Assembly: GCA_047967505.1 (NCBI GenBank)
Contig: CM106538.1
From: Dipteris shenzhenensis
Lineage: Eukaryota
DNA length: 64,000 nt
Strand: one strand, 5' to 3'
Below the pieces are notes generated by a model that worked only from the letters and a program-made list of their open reading frames with translations, was not told the origin of the DNA and ran no database searches. This document shows, in pieces, positions 13,270 through 27,200 of the stretch (its first letter is position 1; each line of letters starts with the position of its first letter). The position numbers were made by a program, and so were the translations under genes.

Positions 13270-14625
13270 GTTTACCTACAAGCCTTGCTCAACCATTTGA
13301 CCAACAGAAACTAGGTTCTTCGTGATATTCGAGACATGAAATACATCAGACAGGTATTTCTTTTTTTCATCCTACATAGACAAAGGAATTTTACCAATCT
13401 ACACAATAGGATGTGCAGTATCATCACCACTCTCCACAAATCCTGGTCTTTCCATTTTTCTTGCATCCTGCATCCATTCTGCATGACCTGTCATGTGGTT
13501 TGATGCACCTGAGTCAACATACCACACATCATTGCTTTCTTCTGCACTTGTCATAGAATTGGTCATGTGTTGCACCATAAACAAATGCTCATTTCTGTCA
13601 TCACCTTATCTACTAGAGGATGCATAATTGCCTTGCTGTAATTTTTCAGTCATGATGTCATTCTGGTTTTTATAGTAGTCTTTAACCATATGACCCATTT
13701 TACCACAGTAGTAGCATTCAACATTGTTGTTTGCATTTTGGCCTCTCTGCCATCCACCACGACCTCTTTGGCTCCCCCTGCCTCTAAAGTTACCATGTCC
13801 TCCTCCATAGGACTGATTTTCTTGAATTTGCTGCATATTCTGATTTCTACCATGGCCTCCAAATCGGCCTGCTCTACCTCTGCCTCTATCTTTTCTAGCA
13901 TTTGAGTAGAAGACAACTTCTTTTAAAGTTCCTTATGAAGAAGATGCACCACCATTTCTCTGCTCTTCAGAAATTAGAAGAGCAATCAACTCCTCAAAAT
14001 CAGAAAAATTTTCACAGACGACAATGGATGTTCGGAATTGTGCATATTCCTTTCCTAGACCATTCAAGGTCACAGAAACTAAATCATCATCTTCCACTGG
14101 CGACCCAATAGAAGCAAGTGCATCTGCAAACTTCTTCACCTTCATGTGGTAGTCATTGATGCTCATATTTTCTCTCTGCACATTATGCTCCTGCTTGAGT
14201 TGCATTTTCCTGGCTTGCGTATTTGTGCTTTATATTTTTATCAAAGTATCCCACACCTCCTTCGGCGTGCTTGCATCCTAAATATGCACAATCATAGAAT
14301 CTAAAATACTGATAGATAGCCAGTACATAACTTTTATGCCTCTCTCATGCCAGCCTTTAAATGCCTGCAACTCCTGTTGATTGGGAACATTAGGAATAAG
14401 TGGTTCTTGTTCAGCTCTAGTAATGAACTCCCAATAGCCTTTTTCCTTAAGGAAATTCGTCATTCTAAACTTCCATGCTTGGAAGTTGTTCTTGTCAAGC
14501 TTTTCGGTGATAATTTGTGAAAGAGCATCAGACGCCATTACAAAACACTGCAAAATATTCTGTAACACAACTTTTGCCTCACAAGGGTAAATCTGCAAAA
14601 CTGACGGGCCCCAAGATAGCCTCAA
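13270..14625 (-). mobile_element. Copia gag-protease remnant
   Basis: EKLDKNNFQAWKFRM, gag core (LASIGSPVEDDDLV..LNGL), CYYCGKMGH knuckle, protease VWYVDSGASNHMTG; frameshifts and stops present. Confidence 0.9.
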
Positions 14626-15149
14626 ATCAAAAAAATAATCTAACCAAGGACTTTGCCCTATCCCGTTTAGAAGTTTGGTTTAATGAAAGGCTTTTTAATT
14701 ATTGTACAATAAAAAATTCTTGAATATTTGTGTGTGTGTGTGTGTTTATGTGAGTGAATAGTCTCGAGAAAAACTTTTTTCTAATATAAATACAGTGGTT
14801 TCACAAAAAAAAAAGTGTATTGGTATGTATGTATATGTTTTTCACAAATTTTCTTAAAATTCCTCAAAGTTTGAGATTTATAAATGGAACCATAAATTTT
14901 ATTGAAGGTATCTATGATCGCAACTTTGAGACCCAATGAGACCCAGCGGAGCAGGTCTCTAGCCCGCGTCGTAGGCGGGTCAGGTTACTCGTCTCTTAAA
15001 AAGTGATCAATCATTACCACCATAACATGGCCCACAAAACCCATCTAAAAAACAATGTGTACTCATTTTACATACTAGTAATTTAACCTACACAATAAAT
15101 AACAATATATGTCGGTGGGTTAAGGTCACAGTCCAAAAACAGGGTTCTT

Positions 15150-18100
15150 ACTTTGATGCATGAGTGTTCTATTTGGTTCGTCGGGCTCGCGATCTAGGGA
15201 TCGCAAGGGAAGTGCCTGCGATGGACAGAGGAGGGTGGTGAAGATTGTGGCGAACAAATCATGTTTGAAGAGATTTGTGGGTCAGGTCAAAGTAGAGGTG
15301 AGGGAGTCCCAAGGTCGATGAGTAGGGAGGTGCATGATCCTGTGGAGCATGGTGAAGGGGATCACGAGGCGGATCGGCCATCATATGCTAAATCTTGCAA
15401 AAAGGAAGAGCGGTGGGTTTTTTGAACTACATGATGAATCAGCAACACAACTCCTTTAGGTAGAGGTTGAAAGGAGAGCAAGGGAGGTGGCTAGGAGACC
15501 TTGGTTCAATAATGCCAAGACACATGTACTTACATGCAAGTTGGATTTGGCGGATGTTAAACCTAAGCTCACAAGATTGGTTAACTTAGGGGGGACTTTA
15601 CCTACCGGTAGAGTGCCTTCGATGCTCGAGTTGGAAGAATTTCTTAGGTTTGAAGGTGACATTCCTCAAATTGGTTACACGCTCTTTTTCTGGGGAAGGG
15701 TTTCTTCTTGGTTTGGCTGGTTTCAAAGAAACTCCGAGATGAATTGGTTGGCAGATCTTTCATGTGCTACTATTATGGTCATTCCTTGGAGTCCGAGCTT
15801 TAGTATTGATGAGTTTTTGTTTCATGAGTGCCCGGTATGGATTGGTTTTCCCAATGTACCACCAATTCCGAGTGAGTTAGTTGAGAGGGTGCATCGTTGG
15901 GACGAGTCCTTTTGGTGCATCCTCCAACTCAATCTACAGCGAATCTCAGGAGGGCTAGGATATTATAGGATAAGAGCCAGGTCACACCAAATTTTCTGGA
16001 GGTGGTGTTTCCAAAAAGTATGGCAATCATGCAACAAGTCCGATTTAGGGCTTTTTCGAATGCATGTTTAATATGCCGTGTGACCTCACACTTTGCAAAG
16101 AACTTCCCTCAAAGATCAGGCAAGATGAAGCTAGCCACGGGAGATGCAGATGAAGGTGCCCAGTCTTGCTCGCAAGAGGATGATCAGAATCAGATGAATG
16201 GTGGAGATGAAGAGGGGATGCTCGAAGGTATACGAGGTACTTCCAAGAAAGGGGAGGATTCTAAGGACATGCCTTTGACTAGCCATCCAAAGGGCGATCC
16301 ATGGCGCATCGTGGGAAAGAAAGGGAAATCTAACGAGGTGGTGCATGATGGAATCCTGGGACGATCGAAGGATGCATGTGCGGAATTTGTGCTAACTAGG
16401 CTGAGAAGATTGTCGGCAAGAGTGATGGATATTCTCTAGGGTAGATTTGTGTGGAAGTTATTGATAAAGATGAGGATCAGTGTGAAGGCATGTCACAGAG
16501 GTTGCTGCGTGAGCATGAAGCCTCTTAGGAGCTTAGACCTAGTTGGTTTTTGGTAGCCCCTTTACTAGTGGATGGGTTCAAATTTAATGTACTTAGTGTT
16601 TATGCTCCCAATCATCCTGGCGAGCATTGTGAATGTTGGTTGTTGTTAAAATCTATTCTACCGGTGGAAAATTGGTTGTTGGAAGGGGATTGGAACTTCA
16701 CTGAAGCTGTAAGAGTGTAGTCGATCTCAGAGATGGAGGCTTGGGATAGTCTATGCATGGAGTTTGGTCTTACTGACTGTGTGGAATTGGACCTAGATGG
16801 TCTATACAGTTTTTCGTGGACCAATAGAAGAAGAGGTGTTGGGGAGGCTGGATAGGGTGTACGTGTCCGGAGAGGGGTGTGGTTGTGTGCTCCGATGAAA
16901 GGGGAGTATCCTGTCAAAAATAATCTATCGGATCATATTCCTTTGCTATTCTGGTTTAGTCTATCGATAAAGGTGGGCAGTTCTATAGACATACCATTAC
17001 CATTCAACATGAAGTTTTTATGATCTAAATGTTTATGCAGGCACATTAGCAAGACCTAGATTCAGGCTAGGGATCTCACTGTAGATCTATCTGAGAGGTA
17101 GGACTTGGCCATTAGGGCGGTACTTGAGGAAGCTAGAGGATCGAACAAGAGAGATTGGGAGTGCAAATGGAGTTTGGGAGAACTGATAAATCTGATGAGT
17201 GCTTTGTGTAATACCTTGGACTAGTTGAAGGAAGATGTGATTGTGGCGACTTTACTGATAGAACTAAAACAAGAGTTGCAGGACAAGGAACTAGAAGAAG
17301 CCGATTGTGCCAGGGTTTGAAGTAGACCAATGTGGCTTGAATTGGGGGATTTCCCGACAAAATTTTTCTTCCAAACGATGAAGAGAAAGCACCAAAGGGG
17401 GACTATTGATAGGGTTCTTGATGCCTCTGGTAAGATAGACACTGAATTCTAGCATATTGTAGATATTTTTAAATCTCACTTGAGTGGTTTGGTGGGTTCT
17501 CTTGTTGTGATTGGGAGAGGGCAGTGTCCGAGGTCTTCTCAGGGCTACCAAGAAGGGTGTCTGAGACTCAAATGATGTAGTTAGCTCGCCCTTTTACTTT
17601 GGAAAAGTTTGGGAGGCTTTGAAGAGGATGAGGAAAGATCAAGAGCCCTAGCTCGGATGGGCTGACATTAGAACTTTATATGGGCTTTTGGGATGTGATG
17701 GGATAGATGGCAAATGACTCAGTAGTCAAAGGTACTTTGTCCCTTGATGTTATTACCGATCTAATCAAATTACTTCCTAAAAGGCAAAGAAAGCTTAATG
17801 TTGGGGATTGGAGACCCATTACCATGCTGAACACCTCCTACAAAATCATGGCTAAAAGGGTGCAAGATTGGAAAATTAAGTTTTATGCTATGCAAAGTGG
17901 TTCATCATTGGTTACCAGTTTGGGGCATGCTGGCCAAAAGGTTTCAAGTGAACCTGGGCTGTCCACTGTGTGGAAGACTATTGAATTTTTGCAGCATCTG
18001 ATTTGGTGTTGTCCGATGTCAAGGAATATGTTGTTTGGTGTCAAGGAATATGTGGACGAAAGTGGAGGTTGTAATACGGGATGTGGTATTGATGTCCAAG

Positions 18101-18330
18101 TTTTATATTGGATCCAATTGGAAGCTAATAATGATTGGGGATGCTGTAGGAATTCCATCTACATTGATATCATGTTGGCCATATATCAAGGGGCTATATG
18201 TTGGTTGATCTAGCTATAAAGAAATCAAATGGCCTTTAATGGGTTGGTAGAGGGAGCATTTATGGAAACATCACTGCTTAGGATGGCAAGGTCGTCGGTT
18301 GATGTGTCTATAGTGGTGTGGAAGGCGATT
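15150..18330 (+). mobile_element. Degenerate L1-like LINE (ORF1 knuckle, endonuclease, RT, zf fragments)
   Basis: PWSPSF..VWIGFPNVP, CLICRVTSHFAKN, SVYAPN / EGDWN / SDH endonuclease motifs, WRPITMLNTSYKIMAK, ETIEHL-type zf remnant. Confidence 0.8.
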
Positions 18331-18927
18331 TTCTACTTGGTCACTCTTGGGTTGAGGTGCAGCAGCAACCACATTAGATGTGAACCAAGTGATGGTCACA
18401 AAAGAAGTAGCATAGCATGAATCAAAGTATCTACAAGATAACATGCAACCAAACGCCGAGCAAACCTGATTGATGATAAAGGCAAGAGGCTGAGAACTAG
18501 ATGACACAAGGAAACTATGATAGAAGGCACAAGCACTCAGCACTCATAGAATAACAAAGGCTAGGCAAGGCTCTACACTCACAATAGCCCAAAAGCTTCA
18601 TGCCTGCAAGTAGCGTAGCCAACAACAATTGCCTCAAACAGATGCAACTTAAAGCTACAATGACTACACGAGCCAAGGTAGATTTGCAAGCATCGGCGTG
18701 ACAATGACTGAGCTAGCGGGCAACTCAAATGCAGCACCGACTCTCAGTCTTCGTCGTCCTTCACCCTCAAGCTTCATGACGGCATTGTCATTCCATCACA
18801 TATTTCCACAAGCCCATGGTTTGATAACCTTATGCCATGTGGAAATGCCATGTGGCATGTGGGATGGCCATTTTTAACTGTGGTTAGCCTAGATCTTATC
18901 AGTTGTTGGTAAATAGAATGCTACATG

Positions 18928-19300
18928 CACTACAAGAAAAAGGCCTAAAAAGGGTGGTCCTAAAGGGCAGCCAATGTATTGGCTACCCTTTTGTGAGGCT
19001 TAAAGGGCGGAAAAAATGATTTTGATAGGACAAAAGGGCGGCCAAAATTTTATCCACCCTTTTTCCCGTTAAATGCCACAAAGAAGGGCACCAAACAAGT
19101 CCGCCCTTTTCTTTTCAACCAAAAGGGCAGAAAAATGTTGGCCACCCTTGTTTTACTAAAATACCAAAAAAAAGGGTGGCCAATCAAGGTTGCTCTTTTT
19201 CAAGCAAAAAAAGGGCACAAAAAAGGGCAGCCAAATAGGCCCGCTTTGTTTTTGGCAAACAAAAAGGGAAAAAATTGTTGGCTCTGCCCTTTTTTCATAA
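18928..19300 (+). mobile_element. CACTA (En/Spm) terminus with subterminal repeats
   Basis: CACTACAAGAAAA at 18928-18940 matches the En/Spm TIR; followed by many aaaggg(c/t)ggccaa copies in both orientations. Confidence 0.85.
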
Positions 19301-19309
19301 CCATGGTTT

Positions 19310-22300
19310 TGATTTTTAGCACCTATACACCATGCAATGTGCACATCCACCCAAATTGTCTCTGATGGACATGAAATTTTGTGAGACAAACATAAGTCAA
19401 GTAAATACCCGTGCAGAGTTGTATTCCCACCTGACACTTGACCATCCCATGACGGTCCACATATGGGACCTTTTTGCACCTATCCAACACATATGTAAAG
19501 AAGTTGGGAATTTCACATGCCAATCTACCCAAACCGTTTTGGATGTACATGAAGCTCTGCAAGGACATTTTAAAAAGTCAAATTAATATCCATGCAAAGT
19601 TGTATTCCCTTTTAACACTTGACCATTCCATGACAGACCACAGATGCGACCTTTTTGTACCTATGCACCACATATATGCACAAATTGGGAATTTCACATG
19701 CGTATCCACCGAAATGGCCTTTGATAGACATGAACTTGTGTAGATAGAAAAAATAGTTAAATTAGGAGTCATGCAAAGTTGCATGTCCATCTGACTCGTA
19801 GCCATTCCATGGCAGTCCACGAATGGATTCTTTTGTACCTATGCACCATGCATGTGCACAAATTGAGAAATTTGCATCCTCATCCACCCAAACGGTTCTG
19901 AAGGCATGATGCTCTACAAGGACACGTAAATTAGTCAAATCAATAACCATGAAAAGTTTCATGCCCATCTAACACGACCATTCCATGACGGCGAATGGGA
20001 TTTTTTGGTGCAGGTGCACAAATTAGAAATTTTGCATGCCCATCCACCTAAACTATCTCTAATTGACATGAAAATATGTAGGGAAAATAGTAAATCCAAT
20101 ATTGGTGCAAAGTTTCATTTCTGTCTGATACCTAAACATTCGATGATAGTCCACGGTTGTGATTTTTTTGCACTTATGCACCACACATGTGCACAAACTG
20201 GGCCCATCCATACAAAGTGTCTCCAATTGACATGAACCTTGTGAGGACACAAAACTTAGTCAAATTAGGACCCTTGCAAAGTTGCATGCCCAGACCATTC
20301 CATGATTGTCCACGAATGGGATTTTTTTGCACATGCACCCCACACGTGAACAGATTGGGAATTTCACACAAACTGTCTCTGATGGGCATGAAACTTTGAA
20401 AGCACCTAAGAATTAGTTAAATTAATACCCATGCAAAGTTCCATTCCCATCTGTCACTTAACCATTCCATGATGGTCCACTAATGGGATTTTTTTGCACC
20501 TATGCACCATGCATGTGCAATTTTGCATGCCCATTTGCCAAAATAGTCTCCAACTGACATGAAACTTTGTGATGAAACAAAAGATAGTCAAATTAATATC
20601 CATGTAAAGTTTCATGCCTATTTGACACTTGACATTTCCATGATGGTCCACGGTTGTGATTTTTTGCACCTATACACCACACATGTGCACAAATTGGGAA
20701 TTTTGCATGCCCATCCACTCAAACTATCTCCAATCAACATGAAACTTTGAGTAGACACAAAACATAGTAAAATTAGTATCCATGCGAAGTTGCAGGACCA
20801 TTTGACACTTGAGCATTCCATGACTATCCACGGTTGCAACTTTTTAAAACTATACATCATGCATGTGAACAAATTGGGAATTTTGCATGCCCATCCACCC
20901 AAACGGTCTCCAATTGACATGAAACTTTGAGACAAAAAATAAAAGTCAAATTAATATCCATGTAAGGTTGCATGCCCACCTAACACTTGACTATTCCATG
21001 ACGATCCATAGGTGTAATTTTTTGCACCTATACACCATGTATGTGCACATGTTGGGAATTTTGCATGCCCCCATCCACACAAATAGCCTCCAATGGACAT
21101 GAAGCTTTGCCATAGAGACAAAAGTAAGGCAAGACACATGAAAAGTTGCATTCCCATCTGACACTTGACCATCCCATGACATTCCGTTAATGGGATTTTT
21201 TCGCACCTATGCAACATTGATGTTTGGCAATTAGGAATTTTACATGCCCAAAAGGTCTTCGATGGACATGAAGCTTTGCAAGGACACAAATAATAGTCAT
21301 ATTTATACCATGAAAAGTTTTATGCCCATGTCACACTTAACCATTCCATGACTATCCTCGATTGTGATTTCTTTGCACCTATACACCATGCATGTGCACA
21401 AATTGGGAATTTCTTATGCCCATGTGCCCAAACAGTCTCTGATGGACATGCAACTTTGCGATGACACAAAAATTAGTCAAATTATTACCCATGTGAAGTT
21501 GCATGCCCATTTGAAACATGACCATTCTGTGATAATCCATGAATGGGATTTTCTTGCACCTATTCTCACCACACGTGGACAAATTGGGAATTTTTCTTAG
21601 CCATCCACCCAAATGGTCTCCAATTGACATGAAACTTTGTGAGGAAATAAAACATAGTAAAATTAATACCCATGCAAAGTTGCATGCCCATCTGACAAGT
21701 TAATAAAACATAGTCAAGTTAATAAAACATAGTTAATACCCCTGCAAAGTTGCATGCCCATCGGACAAGTTACTAAAAATAGTCAAGTTAATACCCATGC
21801 AAAGTTGTATGCCCATATGACAGTTGACCACTCCATGATGGTCCACAGTTGAGAACTTTTGCACCACCTATACAACATGCATGCATACAAATTTGAAAAT
21901 GTGTATGCCCATCCACGCAAATGGACTCCAATTAACATGGAACCTTCTAGAGAATACAAAAATTTCACTTCCCATCCACCCAAATGCGGTCTCCAATCAA
22001 CATGAAACTTTGCGAGGACACAAAACATAGTCAAGTTAATACCCATTTAAATTTGCATGCCCATCCGACACTTGACCATTCATGGTGGTCCAGAATTGAG
22101 AATTTGTGCACCAATAACCATGCATGTGCACAAATTGGGAATTTTGCATGCCCATCCACACAAATGGTCTCAGATCACCATGGAAACTTGTGGGGATATA
22201 AAAATTATTTAGGTTAGTACCCATTCAAACTTGCATGTCCATTTGACATGTAGCCATTCCATGATGGTCCATGAATGGGGAATTGTTCACCTATGCACCA

Positions 22301-24230
22301 CGAATGTGCACAAATTGGGAATTTCGCATGCCCATCCACCTTTAAAATCTCTAATGGACATGAATCTTTGTGAGGAAAAAGAAATTTGGCAAATTAACAA
22401 CCATGCAAAGTTGCACGTCCATCTAACACTTGACCATTCCATAACTATTTGCAAATGGATTTTGTTACACCTATACACCACACATGTGCACAAATTGGGA
22501 ATTTTGCATACCCATCCACCCAAATGATCTCCGATGGACATGAAACTTTGGTAGAACACAAAAATCAATCACCCATATGGTCTCTAATGACATGAAAATT
22601 TATCGAGAGGAAAAATTTGTTCTAGGTTAAGACTAGTGCAAAGTTGCTTTCCCATCTGACTCTTGACCATGATGGTCCACATTTGGGATTTTTTCGACTA
22701 TACAAGATAGATGTGCAGAAATTGAAAATTTAGCATGCTTATCCACCTAAATGATCTCCGATGGATATGAAACTTTGCAAGCACACAAGAAATAGTCCAA
22801 TTAATACCGATGCAATGTTGCATTCCCATTTGACGTATGACCATTCCATGATGGTCCAAGGCTCCGATGGACATGAAACTTTGGTAGAACACAAAAATCA
22901 ATCACCCATATGGTCTCTAATGACATGAAAATTTATCGAGAGGAAAAATTTGTTCTAGGTTAAGACTAGTGCAAAGTTGCTTTCCCATTTGACTCTTGAC
23001 CATCCCATGATGGTCCACATTTGGGATTTTTTTGACTATACAAGATAGATGTGCAGAAATTGAAAATTTAGCATGCTTATCCACCTAAATGATCTCCGAT
23101 GGATATGAAACTTTGCAAGCACACAAGAAATAGTCCAATTAATACCGATGCAATGTTGCATTCCCATTTGACGTATGACCATTCCATGATGGTCCAAGGT
23201 TGTAATTTTTTTGCACTTATGCATGACACATGTGCACAAATAGGAAATTTTGCATGCCCATTAACCCAAAGGTCTCCGACCAACATGAAGCTTTGCAAGG
23301 ATACTAAAATTAATCAAATTATTACCCATGCAAAGTTGCATGGCCATCTAACATGTTGACATTCCATGTCAAACCATGAATGATTTTTTTGTACCTACAC
23401 ACCACACATGCACAAATTAGAAATTTCACATGCTGATCAACCCAAATAGTCTCTGATGGACATGAAACTTTGTGAGGACACAAAAATTAATCAAATAAAA
23501 TCCAGTGCAAAGTTGAATGGCCATCCTAACCATTCCATGACAATACATCATTGCAATTTTTTTACACCTATGCATCGTGCAATTGCCCAAATTGGATAAT
23601 TTGCATGCCCATCCACCCCAAATGGTCTCTGATCAATATGTATCTTGTGAGGATACAAAAGTTAGTCAAATTAGGACCCATGAAAAGTTGCATGTTCATA
23701 TGACACTTGACCATTCCATGATGGTCCACGAATGTTTTGGCACCTATGCACTGCGCATGTGCACAAATTGGGAGTTTTGCATACCCATCCACCCAAATGG
23801 TCTCCAATGGGCATGAACCTTTGTGAGAAAAAAAAACTAAGAGAATTAATACCCATGCAAAGTTGCATGCCCATCTGACAGTTAACCATTCCATGACACT
23901 CCACGAAGGGATTTTTTTGCACCACAAATTGGGAATCTCGCATGCCCATCCACCCAAATGTCTCCAGTTGACATAAAACTTTGAGATTAAAAAAAATAGA
24001 GTTGCGTGTACATCTAACATGTGACCATTCCATGTCGGTCCACAATTCTGACCTTTTGCATCTATACACCATTCATGTGCACAAAGTGGGAATTTTGAAT
24101 GCCCATCGACCCAAATAGTCCCGGACGGAAATAAAACCTTCCGAGTAGGAAAAATTAGTTAGTTTGAGACCCGTGCAAAATTTCATTTCCATTTACCATC
24201 CCATGTTGGTTCACGAATGCATTTTTAGGC
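19310..24230. repeat. ~180-bp satellite-like tandem array (~27 diverged units)
   Basis: Unit ...gtgcacaaattgggaattttgcatgcccatccacccaaa...gacatgaaactttg...ttgaccattccatgatggtcc recurs at ~180-bp spacing (e.g. 20556, 20737, 20916, 21096). Confidence 0.95.
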
Positions 24231-24289
24231 AGGTAGCATTGTGGGATAAAATGAAAATCTGGCCTCTCGCTGAGCCACGTGTAGTAATT

Positions 24290-27200
24290 TAAAATATGAA
24301 TTCTAGTTTAGAGAGCAGGTTGGTGCATCCAGGAATGTGGCTGGCCTAAAAATTAGAGGACGAGGGAGGTAATCAGACATCCAAGCTGATCCAAGGAAGT
24401 CCCAACCAAGCTTGAAGGCTCAAAGAAAGCAGTTATAATGCATTCAAATTGAGCGAGGTGAAGGGGAGCATCAATCCCAATTCTCATGCCTAGAATCCGC
24501 TTCTAAGAGGTGAAGGAGAGACACAATGCTAGGACTCGTATGGGATTGCCACTAGTATTTGATACGTTGATAGTCGATTTCAAAAACAAGACTTGGAATA
24601 CAAGATTGTTGTCATATACTATGATAAAGTCCTCATCCTTTAAGGGGGAAAACCTATGTATAGATGATATCCAAATGGAGTCAGGAGCCATGAAGGACAC
24701 CTTGCTAGAGAATCTGATTTGGGATTTGATTGTCTCAAAGGTAGGCTGAATGTCAACAACCCCTAAACCTCCTTGAATGTTAGGCATGGTGCAAAAATCC
24801 CACTTAACTTAAGGTATCCTAGAGCTACCACCCCAAAGGAAGAATCTACACTTAGAGATCAACTGAGACAAGCCCTTGCCTGCTAGGGTGCCAACATGAC
24901 AAATAGAAGATGATGATAGGGTATAAACAATGTTTAAGGACAATCCTCCTGCTAGCTAAGTTAGCTTGCGAACCCTTCCACTTCTCCAATTTAGAATACC
25001 TATTCATGAACCCAATCCCAACTATCTTTCATATTGATCTCAAATCCCATAGTGATTCCCAAAAGTTTGAACATCTCGCCATGAGATAATGGGTGGCCAC
25101 CAAGAGCATCCAGATAGGGCTGGGGCTGGCCACTGAGGGTAGTGTACCCATTTTGGTGTGGTTAATGAGTGACCCAGAAGTGTAGAAAATCTCCGGACAC
25201 TCCATCACAGCAGTGACATCTTTTGTAGTGTTCCTAGCATGGGAGTCAAGCTTATGTCATCAACACATTGTTGCCTAACTAGCTGCTTACCATAGGGTAG
25301 CCCAATGCCCCTAATAGTGCCTTATTGGCTTCCCTCAAAGAGGAGCCACCATAAGGCATCAGCAACTATGGCAAAAAGGAGAGGGTCAATAGGACAACCT
25401 TGTCTAATGGAATGCTTCAAAGGGAAAGCAGAGGACATGACCCCATTTAAACAAACCTTAGCAGAAGCATTAAAGAGGAGAAGTTTGATAAACATACTCT
25501 AGGCCTTGGAGAGACTGGATTAGGAAATCCCAGTCTAATCTATCATAGGCTTTGTCAAAATCCACTTTGATAAAGCAAATATCGTGTTTGGTGTCTCCAG
25601 CATACTCACAGCACAAGTTAATGATGGCTTCCAGGAGGTGGCATCCCTTAATGAAACCTTTTTGCTCATGCAAAATCCAAGCGTCCATCTTAGAATTCAG
25701 AAGAGACAGATGGGTGGGCAAGGGCACCATGCTAAAGGGCGCTGAACTCCTACAAACCCCCCGCTGGTAGCAAATAGACAGAAGGGGGTTCCTATGGTCT
25801 CCACTCCTCCCCCGTCCTCTCAGGAAGCTCTTGGTCCTATACTGAACAACTTGCCTAAAAGAGAGGCCATCAAAGTTGGGTACCTAGCTGGGAAGAGCAA
25901 CATTGTTGCCCCTATTAACCCATTTAATGTGTTATCTGACTCCCCATCAGAGGACATGATTATTGAGAAGCCCAAGGGTGAGATGGAGGAGGGTTGGTCT
26001 AAATAATTTTACGACGAGGTCTTAAAAGGTGATGATATGCACTCGGATGAGGCAGAGTTGAAAGAGAAGTTTCCTCCCCACCCCAGTGTTGAGAAAGACA
26101 TCATTGTCAAAGGGAAAGTGGTGGCCCAACTCCAATCCAAAAGAAGGCTCTCCCATGCTAAGGACTATTCAACCTTGACTAAAAGCCCTAACCCCAGGAA
26201 AGAAACATGCTAAGTAAGCCCATGTCTTTCCTCACACATAATGTGTGGATTAATAGACCCCACTAGAGGGGGGTGTTGGCTAGGTGTTGAGAGAAATCCC
26301 ATCTCTTCCTTCTGATAAGATTAAATACTTCCTTGGCTGGTATGTCCATTTTACCTGTCCACCAGTTCCTCAAACAAACCAGTGTCTCCCTGAGTCTAGC
26401 CTTTTCCAAATTCAAGAGGTCAGCTTTAGCTTGTAGCAGTTTTGCTTGAGCACTAATGCGTCTTAATGACATCTTTAATCTTGTCCATTCTTACGGCCCT
26501 TATCCTGGCCCAACTTTTCCTTGCACTCTTCAATATCTATTTAGTTTCCCTTTCGCATTTTGCCAAAAGGACGAGGCATCTTATCCCACATCTCAGTAAT
26601 CCGTGTTGGACAGAGACTTAAACCAGAAAAGGCTGGGGTTAAGCCTTGAACCACGATGAGGTTTTCCTTCCTTGTTTAAAATCACAGCTCAACATACTAG
26701 CTTGTGATGCGAAAACTGAGAGGGTAGAAAACATTTGAATCCCAACCTTGGAGGTGCTGAGTAAGAGATGGTGAGAAATATAAATTTTGTCTAATCTAGC
26801 TTCTTGTTTGCAATCCCTAATTTGTCTGTTAGACCAAGTGTACTCCCTTATGGAGTCAGGGTCTAAAAGTTGCATGGCATCGTTTAAGCCCTCCCAGGTG
26901 TACAGTTCAGCGCCCTTTAGCATGGTGCCCTTGCCCACCCTTAAGGCTAACGTCTTGGTCAGTATTTTGTAACTACAGTTCGACATCATTAGAGGTCGCC
27001 AATTCTTGAGCATGTCTGTTTTGGGGATAGCTTGATAACTCCACCATCAGATGATCAAGTAGTTGATGGGTGTGAAGGCTCTCCTACCAAACAGCATGGA
27101 GCCATGGACCTACCACCTCCCAAAGTGTTTTATAAAAGTCGATAGGGAGCCCGTCTTCCCCATGAGTTATCCCAGCTTTCATTGATTTAACAACCTCCTT

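Noticed and set aside
19310-24230. Many overlapping Cys/His-rich ORFs and a superficially CRISPR-like periodicity
   Set aside because: They arise from a tandem satellite; there are no unique spacers and no cas genes, and the context is eukaryotic.
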